Origin: Hemiscyllium ocellatum | Lineage: Eukaryota | DNA: 64,000 bases | Direction of reading: 5' to 3' | NCBI RefSeq assembly: GCF_020745735.1 | Contig: NC_083435.1 | Location: forward strand, 12,555,201 to 12,619,200 | In this document: positions 59,691 to 64,000 of the stretch, in pieces | How positions within the stretch are numbered: position 1 is the stretch's first letter | Layout: every line of letters starts with the position of its first letter | Translations under genes and position numbers: made by a program | The notes under the pieces: model-generated | The model's database searches: none | The model's input: the letters and a program-made list of their open reading frames with translations, nothing else | What the model was told of the DNA's origin: nothing

Positions 59691-62600
59691 ATGGCTTCCA
59701 AACAGCAGCTCCAGAGTTGGACCGAGGAGGCAATTTGTCCCATTTGTCTGGGTTTCTTCACCGATCCGGTTACACTGGATTGTGGACACAACTTCTGCCG
59801 CTCCTGTATCACCCAGAGTTGGGAAAAGAAGGAGATAAACTCCTGCCCGCAATGTAGAGAGGAGTTTCCGGAAAGAAACCTCAGGGTAAATCGGGCCTTA
59901 GCGAATCTGGCCGAGGAGGCTCGAAAATTAAAGCTGGATCCGAAAGAGAAGGAAAGTAAACCTCACTGTGAGGTACATCAGGAAGATCTGAAGCTGTTTT
60001 GTGAGACTGACAAGAAATTAATCTGTGTGATTTGTCGAGATTCGCGGGAACACAGAGAGCACCGCTTCATCCCGGTTAAAGAGGCTGTTGAAGTCTACAA
60101 GGTAAAAGGAGAAAAATTTTATGAATATTTTGTTTTATTAAGCTGTTAAGAGATGGTATCACACACCTCTGGTGCAGGTGGGATTTGAACCCCGGTCTCG
60201 TGCTTAAAGCTCTATGGAAATAATTTATCAAGTTAGAGTTTTATTGTGTTTTTGTGGTCTAAAGCTTTAATTCTGTGTTTTAATCTCCCAATTTCAGGAT
60301 CAACTGAAACTTTCCTTAGATGCTCTCACGAAGAAGAAATCGGCGGTTTTAGAAATGGAACGGAAACAGAAACAGAAGATTTCTGAAACTAAAGTAATCT
60401 CTCCTTGTACAGGTTTTCCGGAATCTCGTTTTGTTCCCTTTATCGCGACACATTTATGATGTTTCGCATTTCATTTTGGTAGGAACTGGCGAGCAGTCTG
60501 CAGACCCACATCACATCCGAGTTCACTAAAATGCACCAGATTCTCACTGAGAAAGAGCAGCGTTTACTCGGAGATCTCAGGGAAGAAGAGGAGAGGATTG
60601 TAGAACCAATGGAGAAAAACCTTCGAGAGATTCAGGAGAATTTAAATTCCATTGAGGAGAATCTCTCAAAGTTGCAGAAACAGATGGAGCAAGCAGATGA
60701 GCTGGTAATTACGAAGGTAAGCGAATATATATTGTTCAGTGAATCTTTACCCGGTTGCAAAATGCCTGTTAAATTAATACTGCATTTAATCAAGCTGAAT
60801 TTGTACCTGTTTTTCGACGGTTCTCCTGCTGTCACTGAACTAACCTCTCCAACACTATCTCGGGAACACCTTGCTATTAGACCTTGTGATCTAATTACTT
60901 GTGGTGAATCATTTTCTTGTTGGGTAAGTGTGATTTCCCCCTTGAATCCACACTGTCATTCTGGCACACGCACATGCAGGAAACTACGTGGGCGTGTCAC
61001 GCACGTTGATTCTGACAATTGCTGTTGGATTTTTCTTAACCTCCAGCGTGTCAGTCAGCACATCACGATTTGTTGTTAAAAGAACATTGACTACGTTTGA
61101 TTCCAGTTATGTTGACGGTTTGTTACTTTACATTACAGATCGCCAGTACTTGGCTCCTTTAGAATTGAGGCATTTGGTTTACTTTGACATTCCGCGGTGT
61201 TAGCTCCAAATCCACCACTTTACCCTTCCGTGTCAAATCATACCTGCCCGGTGTCTGCACATTTCAGCTGTCTATCTCCTCTTCAAATCTGTTGCTGTCA
61301 TCCTCATTATTTGTAATTTATTTATTTTAGGGGAAAGCGTGCCTGGAGAAAAGGTAGGACAGGGATTTTACTGAAGTCTTGCAAGGTTTGTTTAAAAAAA
61401 ATCTTAGGATTGTGTTGTTATGATTATTAACGATTTCATTCCTGTGCACAGACACAAAATTATATTTTAAAATGATTATTAATTAGCAGATAATGTCTCC
61501 ACTTATCTTACTGCAATAGTACGTTTTAATATAGTGACTCATAACTGCGCTCTATTTTTAAATTAAATTACAAGACGACATAGATTCAGACACCAGAGAA
61601 GAGACCTTTCAGCCCATCGAGTCTGCATCAACCTAGCTACACTAGTCCCACTTTCCAGCCTTGAAGCTATGATATTGCAAATACTCATCCAAGCACTTTA
61701 TAAAAGATGCAAAGGCTCTTACCTTAACAACACCACGGCAGTGCATTCCAGGTTCTTCCACCCTCTAAGTAAAAAACATCCTCAAACCCTGCCCTTCACT
61801 TTTACAAAGTGCCTACTCGTTATTTGACATTCAAATAAGGGAAACAGCTGCTCCTATCAACCCAGTCCCTGACGCTCTTCATTTTATGCGCCCCTATCAG
61901 CGTCAGTGTCACCAGCCGCTCCGCCCCCACCTCCACCCCCACCCCCACCCCACAATACACACACACACACACACACACACAGCCTGATGTGTAAATAATA
62001 CTCTGATCTTCCAATGTCTTGTGTGGCTATGGCTTTGAGATTGACCCTGAGGGAGCCACACGGCTCATCTTTGCAAAGTTTGAACTTATACGACACCTAA
62101 TGACCGTGAGAAAGCCCCATGTCCCGAAGCAGAACGGAGTTCTGTGTTTAACCTAGTTTGCTCTGTCCAAAAAACTGCAACCATTCATATAGCGCCCTCA
62201 ATGCATTTAAACATACAAATGCTCTGCAATCGAACATTAGAACTCAGAAAACAAAAATTGCGACCAAGCCACAAAAGAAGATACTAACACATATGACGAG
62301 ATCAGGTTTGTGGACAATCTTGAAGGTGGAACGAGAGGTAGAGAAGCTCAGGATTTAACGAGAGATTTTCAGAGTTTAAGGACTCGACAATTTCAGGCAC
62401 ATTCGCCAGTAGCGAAGAGGCTGCAATCAGAGGTGTGCAAGAGACCAAAAGTAGAGCAGGTCAAGATACCCAGAGAGTTGTGTGCCTGTCTATTGCACAA
62501 TTCGATGGTAAGTAAATATCCAATGTTTAGATGTTTACGCACTTCATATTTTCAGTCTTCTTCTTTGAATTTCAAGTTTTGCGTATAAAATACTGTCTCA

Positions 62601-62986
62601 AGCGTATAGGCTTATATGCTTATCTTCTCTTGGGGTGTCATAGCAACAGCCTATGAAACATTTTCTTGACCTAGGAGTTCTAATTCCCTGCCCTTGCATT
62701 GCCAGGTTATCTTTCACTCAGTTATAGAAAGACTAACATTTCATTTTCTGTCATATTCACTCTAACGCAACAAATGCTGCAAGTTGGGAGTATTTGTACA
62801 ATTTAGAGAATTCCTTGAATTTTCTAACCTTAACGTATTTATCACATCAACTGTTTACTATTTACAGGGTTAGCGAGGATATCCAATTACTCTCAATTGC
62901 TGATGCAACTGCCTTGTCTATTGAAAAGTTCAAAGGGCCTTTACAGTATACAGTGTGGAGAGATATGATTGCCTCTATTGACCCCG
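59691..62986 (+). CDS. TRIM-C (partial): RING/B-box2/coiled-coil exons 1-5; PRY-SPRY exon expected beyond the window end
   Basis: Exons 59691-60101 (411), 60298-60393 (96), 60483-60716 (234), 61331-61353 (23), 62868-62986 (119). GT-AG introns, open frame, paralogous to TRIM-A and TRIM-B. Confidence 0.9.
61957..61981. repeat. (AC)n microsatellite after a C-rich run
   Basis: About 12 AC units. Confidence 0.9.
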
Positions 62987-64000
62987 GTAAAATTCCTTTA
63001 ATTTTTTTTTCTGATTATAAATATATTTGTAAAGTCATCAAATGGTCTCTAAAACCCCAGATTAAATACACCAGGAATCCCAGGAATATCTTTATTTGCA
63101 TAATTTTCTTTAGGTGGGAACGACTGGATAAGTGGCAGAAACCATTATCACAGTAGTGAAGGGATCTGGATGACTAGAGCAATAAAGCACAGCTGTCAGG
63201 ACATGATAACAAATTTATGCAGACTAGTCTGACATAACCTTAAATCCTGGGGGATATTCTGTCGTTATGAGAATTCCATTTAGGCAATGGAAATATTGTC
63301 TTCACAGGCAATCAATCAGACTCTTTAGACAACAGGTGTGGCTTCAGATACTATGGCTCTATCCCTGAATCGTGGAGAGATGTAGTGAATAATTGAAACG
63401 TTCACATTTCGCAATAGAATCAAAGATTGGACATTCTAATATTTATTACTTTAACGTGTCTAGGAGAAAACAGACGCGAAGTCAAACAAAGAAACTTTGG
63501 AGGTGTTGGGAGACGAATGAAGGTGGTGAAACGGGGGGGGAAACACCTTAGATTGAGGGAGGTTGATTTTCTGCTTGACCTATGAATTCAGTCAAAGGAT
63601 CGAATCTTTCTGAAGGAATTGTCAGTCAGTCTTCCACCACTTTGCTGCTTGGGACCATGCTCTGTGGTAATGAATGGTGGTTGAATTTAGGAAATCATTC
63701 ACTGCTCAGCAGGACTGGGGAGTGAGCAGATGGAGGTGGCTTGGGAGAGATTCTGGTAGTCCCATCAATACTGAGTAGACGTGAGGTAGAATGGTGAGAA
63801 GTGCTTGGGAAAAGCAAAAACAAGTCAAGCAGTAGTTGGAAAAAATATAGTCTCTTGACCACAGAATTGTGAAAACAGAGAAGATGCCTTCATTGCTAAA
63901 TAATGCTCTTGGTGCCTATAATGTGACACTGTGGGCTTCAAAGTCAATGGTTCTTTGAGATCGAGTCACTGATCTAATTCAGGAAATGAGACAATCAATT

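Noticed and set aside
1-64000. CRISPR arrays, rRNA, operons or intact autonomous transposon ORFs
   Set aside because: None seen; the sequence is eukaryotic and all retroelement ORFs are truncated or frameshifted.

Overview
Vertebrate genomic DNA, almost certainly a shark or other elasmobranch (abundant HE1-type V-SINEs with CR1/HER1-like LINE partners and a Deu-domain SINE). The window holds part of a TRIM (RING-Bbox-coiled-coil-PRY/SPRY) gene cluster. TRIM-A (minus, 476 aa) and TRIM-B (plus, 469 aa) are complete six-coding-exon genes arranged head-to-head. TRIM-C (plus) lacks only its PRY/SPRY exon, which is presumably beyond the window. A 15-finger C2H2 zinc-finger gene with no effector domain lies between B and C. 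Most remaining sequence is retroelement-derived: CR1 LINEs, SINEs and at least four families of Penelope-like elements (PLEs) with minimal hammerhead ribozyme motifs, several as young palindromic insertions with target-site duplications (TSDs). The main observations are: (1) a coiled-coil segment is nearly identical at nucleotide level in all three TRIM paralogs while their RING and PRY/SPRY regions diverge; (2) TRIM-B has an eroded RING and sits divergently from an intact TRIM-A; (3) hammerheads show covarying palindromic stem III; (4) the ZNF gene's ancestral N-terminus has decayed and a finger linker has become ATG-ATG. All alignments and counts were done by eye, and repeat boundaries without TSDs are approximate.
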